Below, piece after piece: positions 27,601 to 37,926 of a DNA stretch of 52,044 nucleotides. The translations under genes were made by a program, and so were the position numbers. The notes beneath the pieces were generated by a model, which was given only the letters and a program-made list of their open reading frames with translations, had not been told where the DNA came from and did not search any database. Within the stretch, counting starts at the first letter, position 1, and every line of letters begins with the position of its first letter. The stretch comes from a virus (lineage: Duplodnaviria > Caudoviricetes). The stretch is taken from positions 1-52,044 of IMG/VR virus record IMGVR_UViG_3300028835_000313; one strand, written 5' to 3'.

Positions 27601-28476
27601 TTAAATTACAATTAATTCAGGTTGTGAAACATAAGTCTGGAATGATGCATCATCATCGACTGCCCTAATAGTAAGATCATCGGCTGCATTCAATGTTGTA
27701 AGTACATAAATTCCAATCGCCTTATTTGTATCATCAACAGCACTTATTGACGGATTAACGTCACTTTTAGCCGACAAAATAGGGAAATCAGCAGGTGCAG
27801 CAGCAGTATAAACATATGGAGCATCAGGTTGACAACGTTTAAGCAATTTTACTGTTACGTTATTTGTAACCCATGCCACAGATACCGACAAATTCAATCC
27901 ATTAGGAACTGAATCTTTCAGATTTGTAATAGTAAAATCAGTAGTTACCGGAGTACTATTCTGTTTCCATTCGGTTACATCTCTGAATGAAATATCAATA
28001 GGATAACTTTCTTGAAGATTGTCGGCATTTGGTGCATTGTACATTACCATTACCTTTCCACGATATCCTTTAAGCGTTCCATCCGGTTGCTTAGTGCCTT
28101 CAATTGTGCCGTCTTTCAAAACTAAAAAAACATCGAAGTCCTGATTATCAGCATCAAAAAAAGTTTTATAGTCACAATATGACATATCTCCAAATCCTTT
28201 AATTAAAGGTGGGAAGTCAAATGTTTTCTCGGAATAACCCAAATTAGATTGAGTAATTTCCGGTTCGGTAGTATTATTTTGGTAGCCTCTGTCAAATGGA
28301 ACGTAAATTCCAGTCTGAGAAGATATGCCGGCCAAAATAGCCTGCCAGTTAGCCAATACTTTAGCATCTGCCTCAGCTATGGTAACTCCTACATCAGTAA
28401 TTATTACCCCGTTAACCTTTTCTCGAAAAGATTTACAAGCCGCTAATCCTGAATAAAAAAATGTTGAACAACTCAT
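27601..28476 (-). CDS. Probable major tail (tube) protein
   Basis: Size, position, and a terminator shortly downstream. Confidence 0.65.
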   Translation of the reverse strand: MSCSTFFYSGLAACKSFREKVNGVIITDVGVTIAEADAKVLANWQAILAGISSQTGIYVPFDRGYQNNTTEPEITQSNLGYSEKTFDFPPLIKGFGDMSYCDYKTFFDADNQDFDVFLVLKDGTIEGTKQPDGTLKGYRGKVMVMYNAPNADNLQESYPIDISFRDVTEWKQNSTPVTTDFTITNLKDSVPNGLNLSVSVAWVTNNVTVKLLKRCQPDAPYVYTAAAPADFPILSAKSDVNPSISAVDDTNKAIGIYVLTTLNAADDLTIRAVDDDASFQTYVSQPELIVI

Positions 28477-28479
28477 ATT

Positions 28480-29016
28480 TTAACATTTATTATAAATTAT
28501 TAATTCATTGAATTTTATTTCAATTGCATCGAGTGTATCAACAAAGACGTTGCTTTGTTTCAATTTCCCATCTCTGGAAATTCCTATTTTATCACCCCAA
28601 AACAAATGATCTGATTTATTGAAATTTTTAACAGAATCTAAATCAATTTTTACATTGTCATACATTGCTGTTTTTATCAATTCCCAAATAGGATAAAGAA
28701 TCGCCTCAAAGTTTTCTGAATATCTTTGTTCGCTTCTATAGTCACTATTTGTGTGTGTGCAAATAAATATTCTTGGACTTAAATCATAAGTATCTGTTGT
28801 CGTCCAATTCTCAGTATTTTCATTCGCTTCCCAAACCAGCCAAACTAAAGGATATTTAGTAAGATTGTTCTGATCCTTTAAATTATGAACTTTGGTTAAC
28901 TCTAAATAAGTACCAAATTCATAAATTGGTAACACGTTATTAGCTTCATCATAAATAGCCCTAACAGCCGTCATGACATCACCAAAGACACGTGGGAAAA
29001 AACGAAAATCTGTCAT
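28480..29016 (-). CDS. Putative tail terminator/head-tail joining protein
   Basis: KYPLVWL motif; position. Confidence 0.55.
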   Translation of the reverse strand: MTDFRFFPRVFGDVMTAVRAIYDEANNVLPIYEFGTYLELTKVHNLKDQNNLTKYPLVWLVWEANENTENWTTTDTYDLSPRIFICTHTNSDYRSEQRYSENFEAILYPIWELIKTAMYDNVKIDLDSVKNFNKSDHLFWGDKIGISRDGKLKQSNVFVDTLDAIEIKFNELIIYNKC

Positions 29017-29642
29017 ACTCCAAAAATATTAACTCCCTGGATAGGTGTAAAAATCCACTCAGGATAAGTTTCTTTATTTGCAAAGAGAAAGTTATAAGCA
29101 CTTGGTAAGTCATTGAATGTACATGGCAAATTGCTTCCTTCTACTGATTTGCTCCATCTTGCATAAGGTGGAATTATACCATATAGTTTTCGCATCTCGT
29201 ACCATGCATCGGTCATTTTTCGAATAGGTGAAACTTTATCAGCATTTTCAGCTTTTAAATCGGTATTCCCAACACCAGACATTTTAGTGACATTTCTTTC
29301 AACGTATTTGTAAAACGTATAATATGCGCTTAATGAAAGTTTCTCAGTATTTCTAAAACCGTTCCACTTTAATGTCTGCGTAATATTACCATACGTATGT
29401 TGAAATTCTGAACCGTCAATCAAATTAATAAACCTGGTTGTTTGTGGATCTCCCGAACCATCCAAATCATCAATCATAGCCTTGCGTAGAGTATAGCCTA
29501 ACAATAAAGTTTCTACTTCCTCTTCGTATTGGTCTATGGCTTGCAAAATATCAGGACTGAATGTCTCTGATCCTTGCGCACCATAAGTCAGATTGGGAAT
29601 TAAAATCTTACCTGTGAAATATGTCCCGTCAATGAAACTCAT
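29013..29642 (-). CDS. Putative head-tail adaptor
   Basis: FIDGTYFTG start; position after the capsid. Confidence 0.55.
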   Translation of the reverse strand: MSFIDGTYFTGKILIPNLTYGAQGSETFSPDILQAIDQYEEEVETLLLGYTLRKAMIDDLDGSGDPQTTRFINLIDGSEFQHTYGNITQTLKWNGFRNTEKLSLSAYYTFYKYVERNVTKMSGVGNTDLKAENADKVSPIRKMTDAWYEMRKLYGIIPPYARWSKSVEGSNLPCTFNDLPSAYNFLFANKETYPEWIFTPIQGVNIFGV

Positions 29643-29908
29643 TATTCAAGTTCTTTTAACTTTTTATTGTAAGCTGCTTTAACTACTTGCCTAGTGTCTG
29701 CTTCGTACTTTTTCAAATCTTCAACAGTTTCACATTTGACAATCAATTCAGCAACTTCTTTTGCCGTTAACTCAGGAGATTTTTCAATCTCCTGAGTTTT
29801 ATCTTTATTTAAAGAGATTTTAAACCCATGTCTTTTTGTTCGCAAACGATTTTGTTTTACGATTATAGACAATTGCTTGTAATCTCCTATTATTGTCAAT
29901 TTAGCCAT
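29642..29908 (-). CDS. Small head-region protein
   Basis: DTRQVVKAA C-terminal motif; position. Confidence 0.55.
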   Translation of the reverse strand: MAKLTIIGDYKQLSIIVKQNRLRTKRHGFKISLNKDKTQEIEKSPELTAKEVAELIVKCETVEDLKKYEADTRQVVKAAYNKKLKELE

Positions 29909-29912
29909 AATG

Positions 29913-30326
29913 CTAATTTACTTTCTTTAATCCTAACTCGCCTGTGAAATGAGTAACCCCTGTACCAGTACTGACTAATGACTGTCTATAATAATGCCAA
30001 TAAGCATTGGGGTATTCATATTTAACAGTAGCCACCGTTCCTGCATTATTGACAGTATCTGGAGATGCCTGCAAGTCAAACCAAACAGAATTATCAGAAG
30101 ATCCCTGGGGCATTGCCGTTACAGTTGCAGTTCCACTAGTATTAACAGGTACTAAATTAAGAGTTACTGCATAATTTTTAGTTAAAGTTTTTGGTGATGT
30201 AATAACAAAATTTACAGTCTCTGCATTCAACGTGGAATCAGCTGCAAAATCAACAAATCCATTACTTACTTGCGCCATTGATGCTACACCAATGAATAAC
30301 GCAATTATGAATAATATTCTTTTCAT
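29913..30326 (-). CDS. Beta-rich protein with signal-like peptide directly after the capsid gene (decoration-like)
   Basis: MKRILFIIALFIGVASMAQ; QGSSDNSVW. Confidence 0.6.
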   Translation of the reverse strand: MKRILFIIALFIGVASMAQVSNGFVDFAADSTLNAETVNFVITSPKTLTKNYAVTLNLVPVNTSGTATVTAMPQGSSDNSVWFDLQASPDTVNNAGTVATVKYEYPNAYWHYYRQSLVSTGTGVTHFTGELGLKKVN

Positions 30327-30335
30327 GATATTCTC

Positions 30336-31979
30336 CTATAATTTATTAATTGCTTCGATTGCAGTAGTGAAATCTCCAACAACAAACATATATTTATTGT
30401 AAATTGGGAATAATACTTCTTCCTGTATAATTGCAACAACCTGATTTGCAAGTTTCTCATCAGTTGATTCAGAAAATTCAAGTACAAGTGAAGAAAATTC
30501 AAGAAGAGCGGCAGCCATAGCCCAATCACCAACCGCAAAATTACCGGCCGGCATTGCAGTTGTCTCAACTACGGGAACACCAGAAATAGTAAGAACACCG
30601 TTTTCAAGACGTTTAACATCAATGTAGTGTTCATCAGAACCTTTCAAAGTTTCTATCAATGTAGCATCGACAGGATTCAATACAATACCATTGGCAGTAT
30701 ATTCTTGTTGAGTAACTAAAGTTTTAGCAACTTTTAATACATCAATTTGTTGAGCCGCTTCTATTGCAAGTTTAAATGGACTGTTAACTACAAATGTCCA
30801 ATTTGCAAGAACGTTGGCATCAGCCGTAAAATCTTGTTCAATTATGAATTGAGTTGGACTAATCACTTTAGCAATATGCGCACCATCGTAAGTACCTCCG
30901 GTAGTTACAGCAAATGTGATAGTATCCCCATTGTTCAATAATTGATTCGCTGTAAATGTTACAAGAGTTTTATCACCTCCATCATAAGTTGCAATAGATG
31001 TAACAGATCCAGCTGCTCCGGTAATTGCCGTATTAATTAAAGTTGCAAAATCATCTGCAACTTTGAAAATACCAGTTACATTATTACCGGCACCATCACC
31101 CCATAGCAATTGGAAATCTTCATAATATTTAACCTGAGCTGGTAAACGTTGCATTAAATGATTCAATACCCATTTCGCGGATTTAATCATTCGCTTAGAA
31201 ATCGTTACAAACGTACCGATTCTCTTTGCATCAACAGTTGATTCACGAACTTTGAAAGCACTTTCTGCAAGTGTTCCATTTTCAGAATTTACACTAACAG
31301 CCCTGTCCCAATCGTACACTTCTGTAAATGCCAGGTAAGGTAAATCAGTTGGCATAACAGTAAGCAAATCACGGATATTAAGTCTTACAACTTGTGGATG
31401 ATCTACAACCCGTGGATCACGAGTGGTAATATGAACAAGTGAAGTTCCTGTATAATCATCTGTGATTGATACAGTTTTCAGTTCAAATGATGCTTTTTTC
31501 TTACCATTAGAATCAACAAAATCTTTGTAGTCATCTGTTTTTTGAATGTCCTCAATTTCTTTACGTAATCCAGATGATTGTTTAGAACTTCCAGGCTCTC
31601 CAATTGCTTTCATTTTCGTTCCTTGTTCTTTTACTATCCCTTCCAGTTTAGTAATAGATTCTTGGAATTTTTCGAATTTTTCAGCATCGAATTTTTCGAG
31701 TTTGTCAGTAATTGCTTTCAGTTTTGACTTGAATGTTTCTTCATCAATCAATCCTTTCCTGGCATCATCGGACAATTTTTTGAAATCACTTTTAAATGAA
31801 TCCAATTGTTCTTTGTTCTCTTTCTTGATTTTTGCAAGGAGTTTTTCTTCTCCCTCAGAAGTTCCAGAACCTCCGCCTCCATCTTCAACAATGCTACGTG
31901 TTAAGAATCCCATAAATGGCATTAACATCATTTGCAACATTGCAAAGAAATGTCTCTTGTGATAATTGTTTTTAAACAT
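30336..31979 (-). CDS. Major capsid protein, HK97 fold, with coiled-coil N-terminal delta domain and an internal insertion
   Basis: IRDLL, KRIGTFVTISK, EDFQLLWGDG, IVLNPVD, GVPVVETTAMPAGNFAVGD. Confidence 0.9.
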   Translation of the reverse strand: MFKNNYHKRHFFAMLQMMLMPFMGFLTRSIVEDGGGGSGTSEGEEKLLAKIKKENKEQLDSFKSDFKKLSDDARKGLIDEETFKSKLKAITDKLEKFDAEKFEKFQESITKLEGIVKEQGTKMKAIGEPGSSKQSSGLRKEIEDIQKTDDYKDFVDSNGKKKASFELKTVSITDDYTGTSLVHITTRDPRVVDHPQVVRLNIRDLLTVMPTDLPYLAFTEVYDWDRAVSVNSENGTLAESAFKVRESTVDAKRIGTFVTISKRMIKSAKWVLNHLMQRLPAQVKYYEDFQLLWGDGAGNNVTGIFKVADDFATLINTAITGAAGSVTSIATYDGGDKTLVTFTANQLLNNGDTITFAVTTGGTYDGAHIAKVISPTQFIIEQDFTADANVLANWTFVVNSPFKLAIEAAQQIDVLKVAKTLVTQQEYTANGIVLNPVDATLIETLKGSDEHYIDVKRLENGVLTISGVPVVETTAMPAGNFAVGDWAMAAALLEFSSLVLEFSESTDEKLANQVVAIIQEEVLFPIYNKYMFVVGDFTTAIEAINKL

Positions 31980-31991
31980 TTTACCTAATTT

Positions 31992-32822
31992 TTAATTAAT
32001 ACTAAATTTGTCTGTTAAATATTCGTAATTTATTTGAGTGGATTTCTCCGGCTCATTATTTTTTGACGTGTCCTTTGACGGCGTCTGTTTTGCATTATTA
32101 TCTAGTGTTGGTGTTACCCAATTACTTCCTAATGGAACCGCTGAACCTTCAATTACTTTAGCCTCTTTTACAGCCCAAAAGAATCCTTTATCTTCTGCTG
32201 CTTCTTTATTGGCTATCATTGGAAAATATTTCTCCCATGCTTCAAATTCAGCTCCGAAATTATCATCATTTACACAAAACACTAATTGAACATACCTCAT
32301 ACCAACGCTATGGTTTTTTACATATCCATTAGCATATTGAAGGAGCATAAATTCATTTCGCTTACGTTCTATTGTTGATTCAAAAACTAAAGCTTGCGTA
32401 TTGCCTTCAAAATCAAAACCTAATTCAGCCCAAGTAAAATCACGTGTGAATGCTTTTAGATTATTCGCATCTGAGATTATATTCTCAAATCTCATAGCAT
32501 GTTCCTGAAGATGCATTATCATTTTATTTTCTTTCAAACTCTTTTTCCATAAATTAGGAATATGAACATCTGCATGTCCATCAAGCAAATTTGAAGTATT
32601 AATAATAACGACAACTTTTAATTCGGTTAAGCTATCCACATTAATAGGTTCATTTGCTTTTTCAGCAGAACCTTTATCGCGAACAATTACCGGAGCAAAA
32701 GAAACACAATCAGCGTGCTTTAATTCTGCTTTTTTCTGAGTCATAATACTCTCCTTGTTCTTTACAAGAAATTCTATCAGATCAGATTTTGTCTTAAATT
32801 TCGATTCGTCAAATAATTCCAT
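31992..32822 (-). CDS. Prohead maturation protease (HK97-like)
   Basis: DGHAD, LQEH, HSVGM, EGSAVPLGSN. Confidence 0.8.
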   Translation of the reverse strand: MELFDESKFKTKSDLIEFLVKNKESIMTQKKAELKHADCVSFAPVIVRDKGSAEKANEPINVDSLTELKVVVIINTSNLLDGHADVHIPNLWKKSLKENKMIMHLQEHAMRFENIISDANNLKAFTRDFTWAELGFDFEGNTQALVFESTIERKRNEFMLLQYANGYVKNHSVGMRYVQLVFCVNDDNFGAEFEAWEKYFPMIANKEAAEDKGFFWAVKEAKVIEGSAVPLGSNWVTPTLDNNAKQTPSKDTSKNNEPEKSTQINYEYLTDKFSIN

Positions 32823-32920
32823 GACGTTATTTTTTAATTAATTCATTTGTATCAACTTTCTTTTGCTTCATTCCCCGAAGCTTTTCGATTTCTTTTTTAT
32901 CGAACTTTGACTTTTTACTT

Positions 32921-34273
32921 TTAATCTTCTCCATCGTTTCCGTTTTTCTTGTCCCATTCACGTTTATAAACATCGCCATCGTCAACCGTTTTTTCTTCGA
33001 TTAGTTCACGGTATTCATTTACTGTAATAGTATTTTCAGTATAAGCCTCTTTTGCAGTCCTTCCTTTTAGATTTAGCGCAATTGCTTCATCTTTTCTGGC
33101 CTGTTGTAAAGCTGGTATGTGATCCCATCGGGTTTGTATCTCGAATCCATACTTATATGTGTCGAGCCTATCTGACCAATACAAATCTTCATCGGCCACC
33201 ATTGGAATAGTAGTATCTTGATAAAGCCTCCTTACTGATTGTACCTGGTTCTCATAAGTTGCACCTTGGATATAAGTTTTAATTAATTCCGGTGGCACTC
33301 CAAATTCATTACCTATAAGAATAGCATTATTTGAGAATTCCTTATAGATTCCGAGCTCTTCAGAATTCATTGCTGTTTTGAAATAATCTAAAGCAACTGG
33401 AGTTAATAAAAAAGGATTCTGACCATTCAATAAACCATAATCTCTTTTAAACGTTTCGTCAACTTCTTTTTTCTCAGGAACACTCAAAGGAATTTGCGAA
33501 CCCATACCATCAGTTTTCTTAGGTGACAAAATACCTTGCATTCCTCTATGCGTTAAAATGGTATTCATTGCCTCAAATGCCATTTGCGTATTAGTAATTG
33601 GCATCTTTAATACTTCAAGTTTAGAAATACCCATTATAGTAGGTTCTTCGCTTGAAATATTAACTTCATTAAAATGTAATATCCATTCAGGTTCATATTC
33701 CTCAATTGGATTTACGTTTGTTCTGGCATATTTGCTTATGATTCCTTTTAACTCAGTTTGATTATATAATTTTCCGGTTTTGCGCACATCTACAAATTGG
33801 CTTGGTAAATTATAGAGAGCCTCGACATTGAGCAAATCAATAACTTTATCCATTCCAATAGGAAGAACAGTATTGACGTATCGATTGCCGAATGATTTAA
33901 GATAAAATGTTCCTTGAAATGCAAATTCTTTTGATGATTGTATTGGATTTGGGCGGCGAACTAATAATTGGTGTGCTTTTTGAATTGCTAAATCTTTCTC
34001 AGTCCAGGGAATTATTTCATCGGTTTTTACATCAATAGCTACTTTTTTGCCATTACTGCTTGATGTTGCCAATAAATTAATAGCTGATTTAACTACTGGA
34101 TTGTATCGAACTGCTTTTTCGAAGTCTGCAGGAGTTGATAAACTTATCCAAGATGGTTTGTCTCCGAGATAATCTAATGAAAAAGGCGTACTTGATTGAT
34201 TGACATTAAAGGCAGTTTGCCTCGAAAGTCTGTTGTAAGCCCAATTATTTAAATACGAATTTATGCCAAACAT
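32921..34273 (-). CDS. Portal protein (HK97 family)
   Basis: GNRY, ILHF, GISKLE, FGVPPEL, ATYEN, ITVNEYRE. Confidence 0.88.
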   Translation of the reverse strand: MFGINSYLNNWAYNRLSRQTAFNVNQSSTPFSLDYLGDKPSWISLSTPADFEKAVRYNPVVKSAINLLATSSSNGKKVAIDVKTDEIIPWTEKDLAIQKAHQLLVRRPNPIQSSKEFAFQGTFYLKSFGNRYVNTVLPIGMDKVIDLLNVEALYNLPSQFVDVRKTGKLYNQTELKGIISKYARTNVNPIEEYEPEWILHFNEVNISSEEPTIMGISKLEVLKMPITNTQMAFEAMNTILTHRGMQGILSPKKTDGMGSQIPLSVPEKKEVDETFKRDYGLLNGQNPFLLTPVALDYFKTAMNSEELGIYKEFSNNAILIGNEFGVPPELIKTYIQGATYENQVQSVRRLYQDTTIPMVADEDLYWSDRLDTYKYGFEIQTRWDHIPALQQARKDEAIALNLKGRTAKEAYTENTITVNEYRELIEEKTVDDGDVYKREWDKKNGNDGED

Positions 34274-34290
34274 TCAATATCGTGTTTGGA

Positions 34291-34298
34291 CAAATGTA
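34291..34298 (-). promoter_or_regulatory. -7 promoter element (TACATTTG) upstream of the portal gene
   Basis: Consensus match; follows the terminator at ~34362-34390. Confidence 0.55.
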
Positions 34299-34411
34299 TA
34301 AAAAATTTACGTAATTGTAAAATGTTTTTACGATTGTATGATTTCTTTACAGTTTATGACATAAAAAAGAGACACTTTATAGCATCTCTTTAAATTCATT
34401 TTTTAAGTGAT

Positions 34412-34693
34412 TTAAGATATTGGTTTATCCGCTGCTCCTTTCCCGTACTCTAATACGTAGTGAGTGTTGAATGAAGGCAATTCCATTGTTCTTTTATTGC
34501 CAGTTAATTCAATTCTGTTTGCATCGAACCAACATCCATCTAAATACTTTCCTTCACTTGCTTTTGGCGTTATTATGAACTGTATGCAACCATACAAGTC
34601 ATGACTAATAGATGTTAATACTCCTGAGAATCCAGTAACTTTGTCTTTTGCTGGAAATCCCAATAATTCTACGTGACTTTGAATTTTTCCCAT
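34412..34693 (-). CDS. Hypothetical protein (moron between terL and portal)
   Basis: KDKVTGFSGV...LYGC...WFD. Confidence 0.65.
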   Translation of the reverse strand: MGKIQSHVELLGFPAKDKVTGFSGVLTSISHDLYGCIQFIITPKASEGKYLDGCWFDANRIELTGNKRTMELPSFNTHYVLEYGKGAADKPIS

Positions 34694-34751
34694 AATTATT
34701 AATTTATTTAAGTGAATTAACTATTTCAATTCGTTTATATCAGTATAAACT

Positions 34752-34964
34752 TCAAATTATTCGAAAATCATTCCTTTCCCATTCCTCTTGAAGTTTACAA
34801 GTATCTTTCAGGCTTGTTTTGCCTCCTTTTTTCTCAATAAGTTCAACAACATCTATAATTCTATCAATGAGTCTATAATCAAGATGAATTCCGCACATTT
34901 TTAATACAATATCAAGTCTTTTGGTAGTGACTTTGTCAATTGGTTTTTTCTTTTTTTTGCTCAT
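34752..34964 (-). CDS. Hypothetical protein
   Basis: ORF. Confidence 0.55.
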   Translation of the reverse strand: MSKKKKKPIDKVTTKRLDIVLKMCGIHLDYRLIDRIIDVVELIEKKGGKTSLKDTCKLQEEWERNDFRII

Positions 34965-34980
34965 TCTTTAATCGTTAAAT

Positions 34981-35217
34981 TTAATACCTCCCGGCACAGC
35001 TATTGCAGTGGGTTAATTCCTCAACTTCATTGCATCCCTTACATATTGTATTAGTGGTTTTTAATTTAAACAATTCAACTATCCCGTTCTCAATATGCTT
35101 TTTACGGGATGCATTAGAATAAGATGAAAGATTTTTATACCCGAACATTTTAGCAATGTCCTTATTTGTTATTTCTAATTGCTTCTTTATTTCTTTGATT
35201 GTCTCCATACGGTGCAA
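34981..35217 (-). CDS. Small HTH plus Zn-finger protein
   Basis: ITNKDIAKMFGY; CKGC...CNSC. Confidence 0.55.
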   Translation of the reverse strand: MHRMETIKEIKKQLEITNKDIAKMFGYKNLSSYSNASRKKHIENGIVELFKLKTTNTICKGCNEVEELTHCNSCAGRY

Positions 35218-35274
35218 ATATAAGAATATACTTATTATGAAAAAGTAATTATAAGTATTTAATTACTTGTGTTC

Positions 35275-36714
35275 TTACTGGAACAAATTAAAATGAGTTT
35301 CCAAATGAGCAGAAGAGGCGGCTATTGCATCACCTGCATCGTCCTCTTTCTTTGAAGTCTTTAACAACCTGAATATTTGATTCATAAACCTTTCGAGTGT
35401 TGGACTTGGATTCTCAGGAAAATAAAAGTAATATTTAATAATACCGGATTGACTTATTATTCGAGCCATTTTGTTTCCTTTAGCCCATTGTCCCCAAACT
35501 TCAACGCCTGGTAATTTCTTTTCCATCCGGCGTTTGAAATAGGCACCGGCATTATTTGTTTCGATCAATAATCTTCTGATCTTATGTATTTTACACATAT
35601 TTATTACTTCACTTTCCTGAAGTGTTAAATTATTTTGATTAAAAATTGCATCGAAAACATATACATTATTACCAATTACTTGCATTATTGGCATTGCAAA
35701 ATAATCAGAACCTTCATCTGCTGTATCTGCACAAGCAAATGTCCATCCTTGCATAACTTCTCTTTCTTTGCCGTTTTCTTCTATTATTTCGGTTGGAATG
35801 TGTTTGTATCGTTTGATGGAACTGCGGGGGAATACTTTGGCTTCATTATCATCGATAGCTTCACACATGTAATTGGCGTAAAATATTATTTTAGTATTGG
35901 AATCAACAAACATTCTTTTTTTCAATTTCAAAAATGCTTTCTTTGACATCATTTCACTACAAAGCATTTCATCTTTTTCAGCATCATAAATTGGCATTGA
36001 TAAAATATACCACTCATCGCCTTCGGTTTCCTGAAGGATAGCTTGTGGATCTCTTTCTCCCCAAAGTGTAGCGCAAAATATTTCTTTTACTTCTCCTTCT
36101 TCGGCACTATTCCTACTAGAAAATGTTCCAGACAACCAACGCCACAGCTTTTCCATTGCTGTATCGTTAAGTGCTTGTTCTGCATCTTTTACGACATCGT
36201 CCATTATTCTTAAAGTTGCTCCTTTACCGGTAACACCTCCAGATACACCAACGCCCAGATAATTGAAATGCTCACCTTCTAACGCCCATTTCTGAACAGC
36301 CGAATCACCATGTTTAATTTTTGTGTGTGGAAATATATCTGAATAAACTATTTGATCTGGAAGATTTTTAACCTCATTGATTCCATCCCTTGTATATCGT
36401 GAAAAATCGGTTGCTTGTGAATCAGAGCGCGAAGCAGTTATAATTCGCTCTTTTGTGTTTAGACCTAATACCCATTTAGTGAAGTTTACAAGGGTTCTGG
36501 ATTTACCAAATTGTGGCGGCAATCGCATCATTAATTTAGTAAATGGCTCACCATTTGGTTTTAATAGCTTGCCGAAATAGAATAATTCAAGAGTATTACA
36601 AAGAGTTATTAAATGAATTCTTTCGGGTTTATAAAAGTCTGGTTCTAATGTATTGCAGAATTCCCAAAATTTACGCTTAGATAATTCGATATTTAATAGT
36701 GAATCGAAATTCAT
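35275..36714 (-). CDS. terL: Terminase large subunit
   Basis: PPQFGKS Walker A, IMDD Walker B, DTADEGSD and DDAGD nuclease motifs. Confidence 0.93.
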   Translation of the reverse strand: MNFDSLLNIELSKRKFWEFCNTLEPDFYKPERIHLITLCNTLELFYFGKLLKPNGEPFTKLMMRLPPQFGKSRTLVNFTKWVLGLNTKERIITASRSDSQATDFSRYTRDGINEVKNLPDQIVYSDIFPHTKIKHGDSAVQKWALEGEHFNYLGVGVSGGVTGKGATLRIMDDVVKDAEQALNDTAMEKLWRWLSGTFSSRNSAEEGEVKEIFCATLWGERDPQAILQETEGDEWYILSMPIYDAEKDEMLCSEMMSKKAFLKLKKRMFVDSNTKIIFYANYMCEAIDDNEAKVFPRSSIKRYKHIPTEIIEENGKEREVMQGWTFACADTADEGSDYFAMPIMQVIGNNVYVFDAIFNQNNLTLQESEVINMCKIHKIRRLLIETNNAGAYFKRRMEKKLPGVEVWGQWAKGNKMARIISQSGIIKYYFYFPENPSPTLERFMNQIFRLLKTSKKEDDAGDAIAASSAHLETHFNLFQ

Positions 36715-37328
36715 TCTGGTTTTTTGCCATACTTTAACTGATAGAGTTCTTCGAATGACCTACCTTCTAATCCTGTAGATTGTAATGTCCCATCCTTGTT
36801 TGACAAATCATGTTTTTCGGCGGCATTATACCCCATCATTTTGTTAATTTCAGCAATAGCCTGAATCTTACTGAAGAACTTTACTTTAACATACTTTACT
36901 TCCAAATCACAATCATCTCCGATAGTCCTTTCCTCTGTTTTTGTATCAATCGATTCAACGGCTGCAAGTATAAATGGATTATCTTTTTTTATCTCTTCCC
37001 AATTCTTTAAATCAATCCAATCATCGTGAATCATTTCAATAGAAGTATAAGCTAATTTAGATAATTCATTCAATTGTCGAAGCTTAGTTATCCCTGATTC
37101 TACCTCGAAATCATCCTTTATCAAATCTATATATTTACATATGTTAGTATTTGTTAGTAATATAGATGCATTTGCTCTAGCTGATGAATCTTTTTTGCAT
37201 CCAACATAAGCTGCTTTATATGAGCGTGTTCCATTCCAGTCGATTATGTATTGGTGGCAAAATATTACTTGTTTAGGAGTTAGCAATTTTTTTAATTCGG
37301 GTTTTATATATTTCTTTTCCTCTGCCAT
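36711..37328 (-). CDS. terS: Terminase small subunit
   Basis: LTPKQVIFCHQYIIDWNGTRSYKAAY; ATG at 37328 just after a TATATTTG promoter element (37333-37340). Confidence 0.88.
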   Translation of the reverse strand: MAEEKKYIKPELKKLLTPKQVIFCHQYIIDWNGTRSYKAAYVGCKKDSSARANASILLTNTNICKYIDLIKDDFEVESGITKLRQLNELSKLAYTSIEMIHDDWIDLKNWEEIKKDNPFILAAVESIDTKTEERTIGDDCDLEVKYVKVKFFSKIQAIAEINKMMGYNAAEKHDLSNKDGTLQSTGLEGRSFEELYQLKYGKKPE

Positions 37329-37593
37329 TATGCAAATATAATTAAAATAATCAATCCGATTAAAACTACTATTCTTCCAATATTGAAAGTCTGGATGCAT
37401 AAATACATTCCGTTTATTTGTTTTTTTCTTATTAATTGAAATGCTTTTTCTTTTTCAATTAGTTCAGTCTTTTGTTTGTCTGTGTGTGCATTAAATTTTA
37501 CCTTTCTGTTTCGCCTAAATGAGATTATCAAAGCTATATTGGCTAATATCGCCACTGCACTCATTAATAGGCTTATGATTAATACTATACTCA

Positions 37594-37926
37594 TTATGAA
37601 TCTTTTATTTCTTTAATAACTTTCTGCTCAAACTTATTGCGTTCCTTCGTTCCAAGTTCTCCAATGTCCCTTGAAATAGCATCATTAAGACTAATGCCAT
37701 CTTTGTAAATAAACTTACATCCAATGCCGTTTCTTACTTCTCCGGAGTAGTTCTTTGCATGTTTTATCAAAGAATTGGCTATTTCTATTGCCTCTTCCGG
37801 GAATAATCCAATAACTGCGAATCTATCTCCATTTTCTTTATGGATCGATATACTGACTCCGTGATTCCTGATATCAACACCAACTACTGCAGTCCAATTA
37901 TTTAATATTTTAATGTTATCTTCCAT
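37594..37926 (-). CDS. Hypothetical protein
   Basis: ORF. Confidence 0.55.
   Translation of the reverse strand: MEDNIKILNNWTAVVGVDIRNHGVSISIHKENGDRFAVIGLFPEEAIEIANSLIKHAKNYSGEVRNGIGCKFIYKDGISLNDAISRDIGELGTKERNKFEQKVIKEIKDS

Noticed and set aside
27379-27615. + strand 78-aa ORF
   Set aside because: The - strand ORF 27423..27599 and the terminator explain the region better
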